DNA of 64,000 nucleotides from Mizuhopecten yessoensis (taxonomy: Eukaryota). Below the pieces are notes generated by a model, which was not told the DNA's origin, ran no database searches, and was given only the letters and a program-made list of their open reading frames with translations. The DNA is taken from positions 158,690-222,689 of the forward strand of contig NW_018480047.1 of assembly GCF_002113885.1 (NCBI RefSeq), given 5' to 3'. The position numbers and the translations under genes were made by a program. Below are positions 25,883 through 38,503 of this stretch, piece after piece; position 1 is the first letter of the stretch; each line of letters opens with the position of its first letter.

Positions 25883-27065
25883 GTAATGAGGGGTAGGGTT
25901 ATAACAAAGGAACAACTGTAATGAGGGGGAGACAACTGTAATGAGGGGTAGGGTTATAACAAAGGAATAACTATAATGAGGGAGAGACAACTGTACAATG
26001 ATGGGGAGACAACTGTAATGAGGGGTAGGGTTATAACAAAGGAACAACTGTAATGAGAGGGAGACAACTGTAATGAGGGGTAGTGTTATAACAAAGGAAT
26101 AACTATAATGAGGGAGAGACAACTGTACAATGATGGGGAGACAACTGTAATGAGGGGAAGGGTTATAACAAAGGAATAACTATAATGAGGGAGAGACAAC
26201 TGTACAATGATGGGGAGACAACTGTAATGAGGGAAAGACAACTGTAATGAGGGGGAGACAACTGTAATGAGGGAGAGACAACTGTAATGAGGGAAAGACA
26301 ACTGTACAATGATGGGGGGACAACCGTAATGAGGGGTAGGGTTATAACAAAGGAACAACTGTAATGAGGGGGAGACAACTGTAATGAGGGGTAGGGTTAA
26401 AACAAAGGAATAACTATAATGAGGGGGAGACAACTGTACAATGATGGGGAGACAACTGTAATGAGGGGGAGACAACTGTACAATGAGGGAGAGACAACTG
26501 TAATGAGGGGAAGACAACTGTAATGAGGGGGAGACAACTGTAATGAGGGGAAGACAACTGTAATGAGGGGGAGACAACTGTACAATGAGGGGGAGACAAC
26601 TGTAATGAGGGGGAGACAACTGTAATGAGTGGGGGGCAAATGTAATGAGGGGGAGACAACTGGAATGAGGGAGAGACAACTGTAGTGGGGGGGGGGTAAC
26701 TGAAATGGGGGGGAGACAACTGTAATGAGGGGAAGACAACTGTAATGAGGGGGAGTCAACTGTACAATGAGGGGGAGACAACTGTAAGGAGGGGGAGACA
26801 ACTGTAATGAGGGGGAGACAACTGTAATGAGGGAGAGACAACTGCAATGGGGGGGGGGGGTAACTGTAATGAGGGAGAGACAACTGTAATGAGGGGAGAC
26901 ACATAAAGACACACAAAACAACTCTAATACAGGGAAACAACTCTCTTAATGAGAGACAACTGTAATGTGGAGAAACAACTGTAAAATGGGGAGACTTGAA
27001 ATGATAGAAAACAATGGTAATGCAGAAAGACAACTCTCTTCAAGAGATACAACTGTAATGAGGGG
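25883..27065. repeat. Complex 20-bp-based purine-rich repeat
   Basis: Core GAGACAACTGTAATGAGGGG with longer variants containing GGGTTATAACAAAGGAA; explains ORFs such as 26086-27033. Confidence 0.93.
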
Positions 27066-27989
27066 AGCTAACTAATTATAGCATGGGGGGTGCAATGTTA
27101 TCCATGAAGTTCACTATATTATAATAAGGGGAGAAAACTATAATGGGAAGACAACTCTCATCAAAAGAGAAGACTGTAACGAGTCAGAAAAAGGTGTAAA
27201 AGAGGCAATAACAAGGATTGTTGATTTCAAAGAGGATATTCATACAAAAGATAAGAAATATATAGCTTGTTTTATACATTTCAGGGCGTCCATTGAGCAT
27301 ATTGGGAGAGTAAAACAAATACTGGTCTTACTTAATATATTTCCCTATTCCACCCTATAGGCAGGACTATGAGGTCATGTAATGAAATAAACTTCATTAT
27401 GAACATGGTCTTATTTAAGGTAAAATAAGTGATAAAATGTATATATTTCATAAAATCTCCCCTGTATTTCTTACACTACAGTGTATCAGATAAAATATCC
27501 TACACAACATAAATATATAATCTCAACAAAAAATATCACACCAGTGTATCTGCTCTACAGTTAGTAACCATGGCAACCAGATACATTTTTTCTATGTATA
27601 GAATACATTTATGATATCTATAGATTTCCTTCCATCCCTGAAAATATGAACATACACCTAATTATGGCAGGGTGTAAGTTCTGGTCAACTGTCAATTCCG
27701 ATATTAGTTTTTATCAAAATATATATATCTCGCTTCAGGTTATAAGGTTTTTGGGGTGAGAATCCATCGGCTCAATGATAAAAGGTTTACTGGGGTGTGA
27801 ACTAACACATCCAATAACAGGACATGTTATAGGCATCAATAGCCTTGGCCTGAAATGAATGCTCCAAATAATTGACTGTGATCACGTATTTAAGGATACA
27901 TTCTGTATGCTACCTAACTGTTCCATGTATCGACTCAAGAGTGTGTTGCTAGGAAATCTGTAAAATTATTCTATGAATGATGATTTGGA

Positions 27990-28024
27990 CAATATGTCTC
28001 CCTTTATTCGAAGGGGAGACATAA
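27990..28024 (-). mobile_element. Solo terminal hairpin of HINE family B
   Basis: CAATATGTCTCCCTTTATTCGAAGGGGAGACATA, near-identical to 12932-12965. Confidence 0.7.
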
Positions 28025-29035
28025 CTATTGTGCAGCGAGATCTAACATATGATGTCCTGATACCTGTAGTTGAACCCATGTCTACCAACACCCTGGTTCA
28101 AATGATATCAAGCACTTAGGACTTAATGGCTACCTAGGACTTAAAGACAATAACTCTTGTTTATGAAATTAAGATAGGGCTTCTTGTATACACAGAGATG
28201 AATGCGTCATTCAAATTTGACTACTATGGCATAAAGACCAGATTACTTATATATGTCATTAAAACGGAAATTCATATTAAATGAGTTAAAACCAAAATAT
28301 TAATGGGGTAATTTCCCTTTTAAGCTTTAACTAAGCATCTTGATATGACCTGGAACATCTTGCAGTGTACCACAGAATTAACATATACAGAGCAGGGTTT
28401 AGCCTTCACAAGATAAATCGTGAACCTCTGACATTACATTATTTAGATGAATAGAACCATTTACACTAGAATCATGCCCTAGTCCATATATTTCTGTTTC
28501 AACTGAAACTTTCAGAAATTGATGAGCTTAAAAATACTCCAAAGGAGTTCTGGAACATGGATGTACATTTGTAGGCTGTTGTCGTAAGATGTTATCTGTA
28601 GAGAGGATATAAAGCATCAAGACACATAACCATATATAAACAGTAATTAATAAAAAAAAAATCTGTATTGCTGAAATAGGAAAAGGTTACCACCCAGATA
28701 GAACAGTGTGAACAGATACAAAAAAAAATAAGGTCTGAGTCGGGACAATATTCTTTGATAATAGAGTTGACCTGATGAAAATTTCCAAGCTGGCAAAACA
28801 AATTTGGATAATCAAGAAACCAGGGTTGCTTTCTTGGATTTCAAATTACTTCGTAGTACCCCAAAAAAAGATGAACATTTTGTCAAGGCCAGGGATGGTC
28901 ATCTGCATCCATTTTTTTCATGTATCCCATTCGAAAATGAGAATATTTTGCAAATGTATAAGCCCTATAGCCCTAATGCCCTGATTTGAACCTGTCCCTC
29001 TACTATCTGTTGGGCCTGGCACATTTTTTTTAGCA

Positions 29036-29123
29036 TTAACTCATTCACCTCTGAAGACACCTTTGAACTCTTCCAATTCAAAGGTTGGAATAGTTCATTA
29101 TGAAATTTCAGGGACGAATGTTA
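29036..29123. mobile_element. ~90-bp piggyBac-like mini-MITE, degenerate right end
   Basis: TTAA|CTCATTCACCTCTGAAGAC...TTTCAGGG; homologous to 37658 (inverted) and 44554. Confidence 0.65.
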
Positions 29124-29868
29124 CTAATTCAATGCATATTTGACAAGCTGCATTTGAGGAGGAGTTTTTTTTATCCAGTTTCTTTGTCCCAATAAAGAAG
29201 TGACACTGACACACCCTTGAATACAAAAACTTATTTTTTGTTTGGCCAAGTGATGCTTAAATTATTTTTCTTCAATAAAATATTGTTATATTCTTTACTA
29301 TCACCATCCCTATTGTAATTGTCTGAATCGAACATGGATAGAATTTTAAACCAATTTATTTTATATTTTAGTGCGCATGGTGATCTGTTTATTGAAATCA
29401 AGCTATGCATATGTTTGTATCTGATTAAATGAAAACATTGCGTACCTATTGAAAGATGGGTAGCAGGCTAAAAACTGGTCTCACAGAGCTCTATATCAGA
29501 AATTGAACACCCTATGTTTCACTGGTACAGAATTGAGAGTCAGAAGATTAAGAATGACTTTTACTAACTCCAGTCATCATGACTGGTAATAGACCCTTTC
29601 ACTTTATTTTGTAGCTGGCAAACCACCAAAGTGTCAATGTAAAGGATGTAGTATTAGAAAAGGACCTCAAATGTGTTGTGGCAGCAGTAATGTCAACTTT
29701 CACACTTGGGATTTCGCTAACCAACAAGCCTCACAGTTATGTGAAAAAGTCCATTGGTACAAAATCAAAGAGTGCATCATTTTGTTTTTGAATTTTTCTT
29801 TCAAGCTGGCATTGTGCCATGAAGGTAATTCTAGAAAACATTGATCTCAACATTATGATACCACCTAC

Positions 29869-29956
29869 CTTTTAACTTTTTTGCAGATGTTACCAGAATG
29901 GCACACAAACAGAGGACGGCCGCGACACATAACACATCACACTGTCTCAACTTCAT
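29869..29956 (-). CDS. FGFR: First coding exon (signal peptide) of FGFR-family receptor: MKLRQCDVLCVAAVLCLCAILVTSAKKLK+G
   Basis: ATG at 29956 in ACAATGA context; basic N-terminus, hydrophobic core, VTSA cleavage-like site. Donor AAG|GTAGGT after 29869 is phase 1, matching the phase-1 acceptor of the Ig exon at 5071 (G+CA=Ala). Upstream acceptor TCTTGCAG| suggests the whole exon is 30133-29869 including 5' UTR. Confidence 0.75.
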
Positions 29957-31120
29957 TGTGTAAATCAGCTGGTCTGGAATGACTTGAGTGATAAAAAGTC
30001 CTGAAGGATCCGGAAGTAGTGATTCCAATAAACTATCCAACAATTCCGAAAAGTTTCATTCTGGATGCAAGTTCCCCAGCATACACAACATATTTTGTCT
30101 CAGTTGGCCGTCAGCTTCTAAATTCCAGATAATCTGCAAGATATAATTATTTACATACGGTAAAGCAATTATTGATTTTCATCAAAATAAGAAAACTAAG
30201 ACTTGAATAACAAAATAAATTGTAGAATCAGATTTGTCAGCATGTACTTTAGAAGTCTCTGTAGGCTAAAAGCAACATAACAAGAAAATGATTGTTTAGA
30301 TCACTTTTGGGATGTAATTTGCGGAAAATCCATAAAACTTAAAATCTAGGATTACAAAATGAGTTACGGCGGTACAATTGCTTATGTCTGTTGGTATGTA
30401 ATTTTCTTTGAGATTTACAGAACATAAACTAGCAATTAATAGCAATCAAGTCAACTCAAAAGTGGTTCCGTAAATGTTACTAGGAAATGCATAGAAAAAG
30501 CACAATTTGTCCTAGCTTTACTGCAATAAACTAAATTGTAAATTTCATGTTCCCAATTCCTCTCAGTATAAAGAATTCAGTCAATCAATTCCTATGAAGA
30601 CTACTTATTTTTATATTAATATTTGATGAAAAGGTCAACAAGGCCTGTAGACAAAGATCAACCTTTTGTCAAGTATCTTGCTGTGGCAAACAATTAAATT
30701 ACCATAGACTTCCAGGTCACTAGCCACTGACAGAATTTAAGCTAATCAATAAAACACATATACATCAGGAATTAGTAAAGTAATCGTAATCTCTTATTGG
30801 CTAAAAAAATGTTTTTAAGGATCCCTGTACCACTGCCAAAAACTGTAACAAAGTGTTGGAAACTGTTTTGTTTGTGTCTTTTGTTGTTGTTGTTGTATGA
30901 CTATAGCATTGATCAATCATTACTAGAAAGAAAACCATAACTTGCAGGATTTATTTGAGAAATAATAAAGATAAAATTAATGAAATATAACCAACATCAA
31001 TGTTCCGAGTCCAAAAATATCAGTGGGTTAGACTGAGATTCTAACCCTGGTTTTTGGTTTGTTATACTAACAAATTCAGCTACCTGGTCAAAAGAAGTGT
31101 CCTAGCCCACCTTTGCTCTA

Positions 31121-31305
31121 TTCCGTCTTTGCGTATTGCAGAGTTATCATCTCTTGAGAGCAGGTATTGATGTTACGTCATTGGTTTGTGTGTGAAAATT
31201 ACGTCGTTTTCTCAAAAAATGATGACGTTACTCTCAAAAACAAATGACGTAACAATCAATACCTGTTCTCAAGAGAAGATAACTCTGCAATACGCAAAGA
31301 CGGAA
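31121..31305. mobile_element. 185-bp palindromic MITE flanked by TA
   Basis: TA|TTCCGTCTTTGCGTATTGCAGAGTTATC ... GATAACTCTGCAATACGCAAAGACGGAA|TA; arms pair imperfectly for ~65 bp. Confidence 0.88.
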
Positions 31306-33546
31306 TATATATCCAAATGGAAGTTAAGGGGAGGTTACTATGTATAGGAAATATGACAGTGCAATGGGACAGGGATCCTGAAGTAAAGCCAAGCATTGCT
31401 TGTTTATAGATAGTTGACATCTACTGTGATATAGACTGTTATAAGCTCAGTGTTCCCATTTAGCCTTTTTCATTTTTTTAGTTTATGCTGCTCTCTCATC
31501 CTAAAGAAAAAACTATGTTGTAAATCTTATGACATGAAAACTAGGAAATCACAGTGTGGGGTTCCCACTAGAACATCACAAGTAAATACTGTTTGTCACA
31601 CTGCGAGTGAACCGACCCTCCCCATCACAATTCATACAAATTGTACCCTTAAAATCAATGCTGTACCTTTGTTTTGGTACAGAGCCTATTTTTCATTATT
31701 TATCTGCCTGCAGGCTTTTTGACACGGTTGCTATGTGAAGCATAAATGACGGTATAAATCATACAGCCTGGTTTTGTGTCCTCCTGCTGACAACATGTAC
31801 TTCACTCGGGAGCTAACATCTTCTGTCAAGTTTCAATACAGTACATTTTAACAAATTACAATGGAATAAGAACAATTTTCATAACATAATATGACCCACT
31901 TCTAGAAAGTAAACTTCAATCACAATAGTGGCGAAGAGTGTTTTTTTGCCAAAAATAAGCTGTTTTGAAACACTATATTTCAATTAACTCTTTATGACCT
32001 TGACCTGTGCAAAACATTTGATGTTGATCTTTTCATACAACTTTTGAACTTTGACAGATATAGATCCCTCAATATGCTAAATGCATATGTAAGGTAAATC
32101 AGTCGCTATGGCCTTGTTTTCCGACACACGACTGATCTCTCGCCATAATTATGACTCAACACATGGTTGACCTTTTCCCATGACCTTGACCTTATACACA
32201 AGGCTGACATCTTCATGCATTTGACCTCAGTCATGGTATTCATTTTTGAATACAGCTTTAATCAATAGCATATACATGTGAGGTTGACAATTGAAGACAC
32301 AATGACCTTGACCTTTGACACGTAAGGTTAACCTACATTTCAAAAAGCCAATTGATATCCAGTGAAGTAGGGTCTCTGGCCTGAAGCAGCTAATTCCACT
32401 TGTTCCATACCTGAACCCATGTTCTAGGCCTATCACTGTATCCAAGTGCTGTAGGACATGAACCGACTGAGAAGGATTCTTTGAGAGGTTATTTATCCAA
32501 ACAGTTATGAATTAATATAAAGTTCTAGAAGGAAAGAGAAATGATAAGAATATTCAACTGAATTAATAGAAAGTATTTCCATGCTGTTTAAATCAAATTA
32601 TGTAGTTTGATTCAAATTAGAATAAACAAATTTCCTTCAATGCATCAATGCCTAATATTGTTGCATGTCAATTAACTTTTGAAGCCCTTTCAACTTTTCA
32701 AATCAAATTTGGTATACATACAATTTATATACAGGATCAACAGTCTAGTATAAGACGCCAAGATCAGAGTGTGATAGCAGAATGTACAGATCAATTCTGA
32801 CAACATCTCCTTGGTAAACAGTATCCCTCATAGATCCTTGTCAATAGTGTTGGAATAAAACTTCTCAATCTGGTGTCTGAAATAGGAGGAACACACCAGA
32901 CTGACTGCTGTACACACCCTTATATCAAATGTTGTTATACAACTTGTGTTACACAGGTGTCCTGTTGTCAGTGACGAGGTACAACAATGCTGTCTGAACA
33001 TAGCTCTGAAAAGCAGAAAGAAAATCTAGAATCCTCCGAACCCTTCCATCCTTCGTGTATTGATTATACGTAACCCAGTATTGATTATACGTAACCCAAG
33101 CTAGCTGCCTTCTTAAAGAGAATACAGATAAAATTAACATGTGAATTCGGAGCAAAATGTTAAAGAACTTTTTCCTAACATCCCGAATGTCAAAAACTTA
33201 TCTTATTTCCTACGAATATCACAATAATTACCGTTACAGATGAAGCTGTTTGATTAAAATTTTAAATTTACTACGAGCTCAAGTTAAATGCAAAGCTGTG
33301 TCTTCATTATTCGAGCACGCACCTTTTGAATTTCGTTTCATTTAAGTGGTATTTAACGAAAGATCTGAACTTTCTTGATACCTGAAAATAACTCCATTGA
33401 TTCGGATCTTTCCAATATAGTGTAACTGAAAAATATCTTATTGGTAGAGAAGTATAGAGTTAAATGATGATTGTGGTAATTGTAGTATCTGTTATGGTTT
33501 TCTACTCCATATACTGTAGCTGCAGGAAAATCCCCAATACACTTAC

Positions 33547-33850
33547 CTGTTGAAATATTATAATATGCTTAAAATTTGTGTGTTTAATAAGCATGTTTAT
33601 AGTTCTGTTTGGGGTTAACGTGTACATCCTCGTAACAGCCAGGGTCCATACCCTCATCAAGCATGGGCTATTAAAATATATCACTTTCGGGATGCGATTT
33701 CTTTGTCACAACCTCCAGATAGCGGCCAATTGAACCGTAAAATCAATTTTTAACTCGTGTGGACAAACAAAACTACTATTACTAAAAAGGCAAATTCTAT
33801 TTTTCTGATTTCGTTAAGATTCAAGCTTACATTTATCGGAAGCTGTTCCA
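33547..33850 (-). promoter_or_regulatory. Candidate non-coding first exon / promoter of the FGFR gene
   Basis: Perfect donor CAG|GTAAGT at 33547/33546, 3.4 kb upstream of the ATG exon acceptor; locally CpG-richer; GGCCAATTG near 33724. Upstream boundary is a guess. Confidence 0.35.
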
Positions 33851-33987
33851 GTCTACCCAGTTACACAAATGAGTACTACCTACTGGTATGGAAATCATTA
33901 TGCAAACAGACTGAGGGGACCATAGACTCCAAGTCACAACACTCTAAAGAAACAGTGTTCAGATAGCTCAGGCTATAATGGCCCGTA

Positions 33988-34322
33988 TGCCGGAAAGACA
34001 CGACATTATTGACGTGTAAACTGAGGGGCCGGAAAGAGATGACACTATTGACGTGTAAACTGAGGGTCCGGAATGACACGACATTATTGAAGTGTAAACT
34101 GAGGGCCTGAAAGACACGACATTATTGACGTGTAAACTGAGGACCTGAAAGACATGACATTATTGACGTATAAACTGAGGGGCCGGAAAGACACGACATT
34201 ATTGACGTGTAAACTGAGGGCCTGAAAGACACGACATTATTGACGTATAAACTGAGGGGCCGGAAAGACACGACATTATTGACGTGTAAACTGAGGGGCC
34301 AGAAAGACACGACATTATTGAC
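33988..34322. repeat. 38-39 bp CpG-rich VNTR, ~9 copies
   Basis: Unit GACACGACATTATTGACGTGTAAACTGAGGGGCCGGAAA. Confidence 0.93.
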
Positions 34323-34869
34323 TAGTAGATTGACTTGTTTTCTTTGTCCCTGAGCAAATCAGATCTGTTACACCTAAAATCGTGTGGTCACCAACACAAA
34401 AACAGGACCAAAGTGCTGCTGTCTAAATCAATCTTAATCAATCTAAATCAATCACGAGTTTGGGGATAGACTCGACGAGCCTCATAACAACAATGTTCCC
34501 ATAACAAGCCACAGTGATCACAGATTGTTTCTAGATTACTCCAATCACTCTAGAAACAGTTACTGACTTTTTTTCATTCCGCAGTGTCATGTAACTTTCA
34601 TGCCAGATATTCCCCAAATTGTGTTTACCCTCTAATCAGCCGACCTTACTGCTTTGACCTTATTGTGGAGAGCTAGCTCTTTATCTGTTTTATCAAATGG
34701 TACATCTCGTTCCAAACAGAATTGGTGATATAAACAAAGAAATAAATTTGCTGTAATAAATTGAATTGGACATTATCATCATAGAGATAAAGAGTCAATA
34801 TAGTTAAGAGGTCATCTTGATTTATTTTTAATTAAACAGGTTACGGGTTGAATTTTTTATTTTTTATTT

Positions 34870-35052
34870 CGGGGCTTGGGTGTTGAATGGGGTTTTTTTA
34901 ATTGAGGAGGTTGGGGGGTTGAAGTTCTTTTTAGTTGTGGGGGTTGGGGGTTAAAGATTTTTTTAGTTGTAGGAGTTGGGGGTTGAAGGATTTTTTAGTT
35001 GTGGGGATTGGGGGTTAAATGTTTTTTAATTTAGGGGGTTGGTGGGGTTGAA
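34870..35052. repeat. Degenerate ~30-33 bp G/T-rich repeat
   Basis: TTTTTAGTTGTGGGGGTTGGGGGTTAAA-like units. Confidence 0.8.
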
Positions 35053-36439
35053 CGTTTATGTAGCGGTTGTGACCGTTCTCGTTGGAGTGGCTTGGACCTC
35101 TCCGACATGGTAATTATCTGTGGAGTCAAAGTATCGTCAGAGGATCATAGATAGATTTTAAGCTGTAAACACTAAATATGCACAGAATCCTGTAAAGCTA
35201 CACAGTAGACCCGTTATCATTATATATCTGTACATAACGTTTTAATATTAGGTATATCATGGGTCAACTACCAATGTTACAAGTTTGTTTTATGACACTT
35301 GACATACAAAATGATTCTGTAGCAATCTATCACCTTTGTGATGAGAAAATCGCCTGTAATCAATGCCTTAATTACCATAATCATAAAACCCCCATTAGTT
35401 ATAATATCATTTTGTATCAAAACCAGTTTCAGGCCAAGTGTGCTCCTTATCAAACACTGCTAGTTAGACGAGGAAATATATAAATAGCATGATATAACAC
35501 TAAATCATGAATTTAAAAATTTCGTGATAACGGTATTTTCCTGGGTGAATTTTTCACATAAAGCTTCCTGCCAATATATCAATGTGCCAATTATGATACA
35601 AGCTCATCACATTACAGCCGAATGTAACAGGAAGCGAGCATCATCACACAACTTAATCACCTTTTCCAAACAAGAGCACGAAAAAAGGCCTCTTTATCTT
35701 TCAGTTGCAAAAACAAAAATGAAAAAAATGGGAGTTTTCTTCAATATGCTGACATGCATATGCATGCTGTTGTAATGATCAGCCAAGTGAATTTTTTTTT
35801 CCATGTGAAATAATTCTTAAATATGGAAATCAACATCCCCCATACATCAATCATTAACATGTGGTAAATTTTGTGATGCTAAGTCATTCCAGTACTCTTA
35901 AATTAATTAATTCTACATAATTTTTTATATATATCTCATAATCTGTATTTTTGTTATTTTTAAACTATTTGAACATAATATTATAGATCTATTCACCATG
36001 CGAAAATATCTAGAAAATCTGCAAACATGATTCAATTATGATAAGTATATTAAAATAAGATTGTCTATTCCTAGTGGATATGCTAATCCACTGTTCCATG
36101 CATGTATCAAACTGGCTATAATTGAGATATAAAATATGCATGGAGCAGTATAGGTGCCAAGTTGGCGTACTCAGTTCCAATTTACAAGTGTTTCTCTAGT
36201 GGAGTATCTGACCATGGAACTAGAGGCAATGCAGGGTAGCCATGTGTGACATGAGCCATACACTACATGATTAATCTCAACCCCTCTGGAAGATCCTGTC
36301 TGCTAAGTGTGTTAGCTTTAATTGGGGCTCACAGCAGGGGAAGGAAGCCCTGTTGGATATGAAATTGTATTTGGGGCACCAGATAGGGGAGGTGATATCT
36401 TATAATAGCCGATACAATGAGGTACCAGAGAGGAGAAAC

Positions 36440-37586
36440 TGTAGTGATATCTGATTATATTGGGGTACCAGTGTGGGGTACTGATATATTGATTGGATCC
36501 TACCTTGAGGAATACCAGTGTGGGGTTCTGATTTATTGATTGGATCCTATCTGGAGGGGTACCAGTGTGGGGTACTGATATATTGATTGGATCCTATCTG
36601 GAGGAGTACCAGTATGGGGTACTAATATATTGATTGGATCCTATCTGGAGGGGTACCAGTGTGGGGTACTGATATATTGATTGGATCCTATCTGGAGGAG
36701 TACCAGTATGGGGTACTAATATATTGATTGGATCCTATCTGGAGGGGTACCAGTGTGGGGTACTGATATATTGATTGGATCCTATCTGGAGGAGTACCAG
36801 TATGGGGTACTAATATATTGATTGGATCCTATCTGGAGGGGTACCAGTATGGGGTACTGATATATTGATTGGATCCTATCTGGAGGAGTACCAGTGTGGA
36901 GTACTGATATATTGCTTGGATCCTATCTGGAGGGGTACCAGTATGGGGTACTGATATATTGATTGGATCCTATCTGGAGGAGTACCAGTGTGGGCTACTG
37001 ATATATTGATTGGATCCTATCTAGAGGAGTACCAGTATGGGGTACTGATATATTGATTTGATCCTATCTGGAGGAGTACCGGTGTGGGGTACTGATATAT
37101 TGATTGGATCCTATCTGGAGGAGTACCAGTGTGGGGTACTGACATATTGATTGGATCCTATCTGGAGGGGTACCAGTATCTGGTACTGATATATTGATTG
37201 GATCCTATCTGGAGGGGTACCAGTATGGGGTCCTGATATATTGATTGGATCCTATCTGGAGGAGTAGCAGTGTGGGGTACTGACATATTGATTGGATCCT
37301 ATCTGTAGGAGTAGCAGTGTGGGGTACTGACATATTGATTGGATCCTATCTGGAGGGGTAGCAGTGTGGGGTACTGACATATTGATTGGATCCTATCTGT
37401 AGGAGTAGCAGTGTGGGGTACTGACATATTGATTGGATCCTATCTGTAGGAGTAGCAGTGTGGGGTACTGACATATTGATTGGATCCTATCTGGAGGGGT
37501 ACCAGTATGGGGTACTGATATATTGATTGGATCCATTGGGGTACCAGTGTGGGGTACTGATATATTGATTGGATCCTATCTGGAGG
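36440..37586. repeat. 47-bp satellite, ~24 copies
   Basis: Unit GTACCAGTGTGGGGTACTGATATATTGATTGGATCCTATCTGGAGG(G/A). Confidence 0.95.
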
Positions 37587-37657
37587 AAAACATTCAATTA
37601 GCTGCTTTATACTGAATCACTGAACAGCGAAAGCTCAACAATGTTGTCATCTGTCCC

Positions 37658-37742
37658 TTACCTCATTCACCCCTGAAATTTCATTTTGAACTATTCCAAA
37701 CTCAAAAGAGTTCAAATGTGTCTTCAGGGGTGAAATGGTTAA
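37658..37742. mobile_element. ~85-bp piggyBac-like mini-MITE
   Basis: CTCATTCACCCCTGAA...TTCAGGGGTGAAATGG|TTAA. Confidence 0.7.
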
Positions 37743-37903
37743 AATAACCCACATTCTTCTTTATAATCCCAGCTTTCTCTTACTCAACTAGAAGTTAGTT
37801 TATAGATATTGGGATCCAAGCTTGTACCAAGTAAACAATAGTCGGTATTTTTAAATCAGGAACACTTTTCCCAGATTTGTTACATAAAGAAGACATTGGT
37901 TTG

Positions 37904-38040
37904 TTAGTCCTCTTTGTGCTGGGTGTATAAGGCCATCACCAGAGATTTCCATTTCTGTCTGTCGTGGAACCACTGGTGTATTTGTCCCCATGTCCAGTAT
38001 TTCTCTTTCAGTTCTTTCTCAACAGACTGCCTCCAGGTTT
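37904..38040 (-). mobile_element. 5'-truncated RTE-clade LINE, extreme C-terminus of the RT ORF
   Basis: Manual translation TWRQSVEKELKEKYWTWGQIHQWFHDRQKWKSLVMALYTQHKED* fits the RTE C-terminal pattern TW-x-x-x-V-E-x-E...W...DR-x-x-W-x-x-L-V-x-A-L; absent from the ORF track. Confidence 0.8.
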
Positions 38041-38430
38041 GATCAGACACAAAATCTCATAAAACAGGCAGTTGATACACTAGCCCATACTGACCAATCA
38101 CTCTGACTGGAGACTAGCTCACAGAAAGGCAATGGTTCAGTACTTATGGTTCGCCCTATTTTCTGTACTACTGTACATAACGGATCAGTTAGCTACAGAA
38201 TTAGTATCATCAGGGATAGCATTATCAGGAAAGTGGTTAATAATATAGTATTGTGACTGGAGCTGTTCTGTCTGTGTGTGTGACAGCTGAGATTCTATTA
38301 ATTAGCTCCACCTTTTAAGGATCCCTGTCCCACTGCAGTGTGGTTTTGCCTATATATATACAGTAACCTCCCCTTAACTTCCGTTTGAATGTTCCTTACT
38401 GTAGCACAGCTGGGCCAGGAAAGTCCCATT

Positions 38431-38503
38431 GACCAGGTAGCTCAATCTGTTAGAGCAATAGTCCAATGATCTGTGGTCCAGGGTTCGAACCCTGGACTAG
38501 CCC
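38431..38503 (+). mobile_element. tRNA-derived SINE head / tRNA pseudogene
   Basis: A-box TAGCTCAATCTGTTAGAGC, B-box GGTTCGAACCC with T-stem CAGGG/CCCTG; acceptor and anticodon stems are poor. Confidence 0.65.

Noticed and set aside
26086-27033. 315-aa ORF and other periodic ORFs (210-615, 2016-2518, 8399-8934, 17290-17812, 40481-40864, 63500-63970)
   Set aside because: Translations of tandem repeats, often open in several frames or both strands; no domain or splice support.
38431-38503. Functional tRNA genes (also 55940, 61436, 62893)
   Set aside because: A and B boxes are present, but acceptor and anticodon stems do not form; SINE heads fit better.
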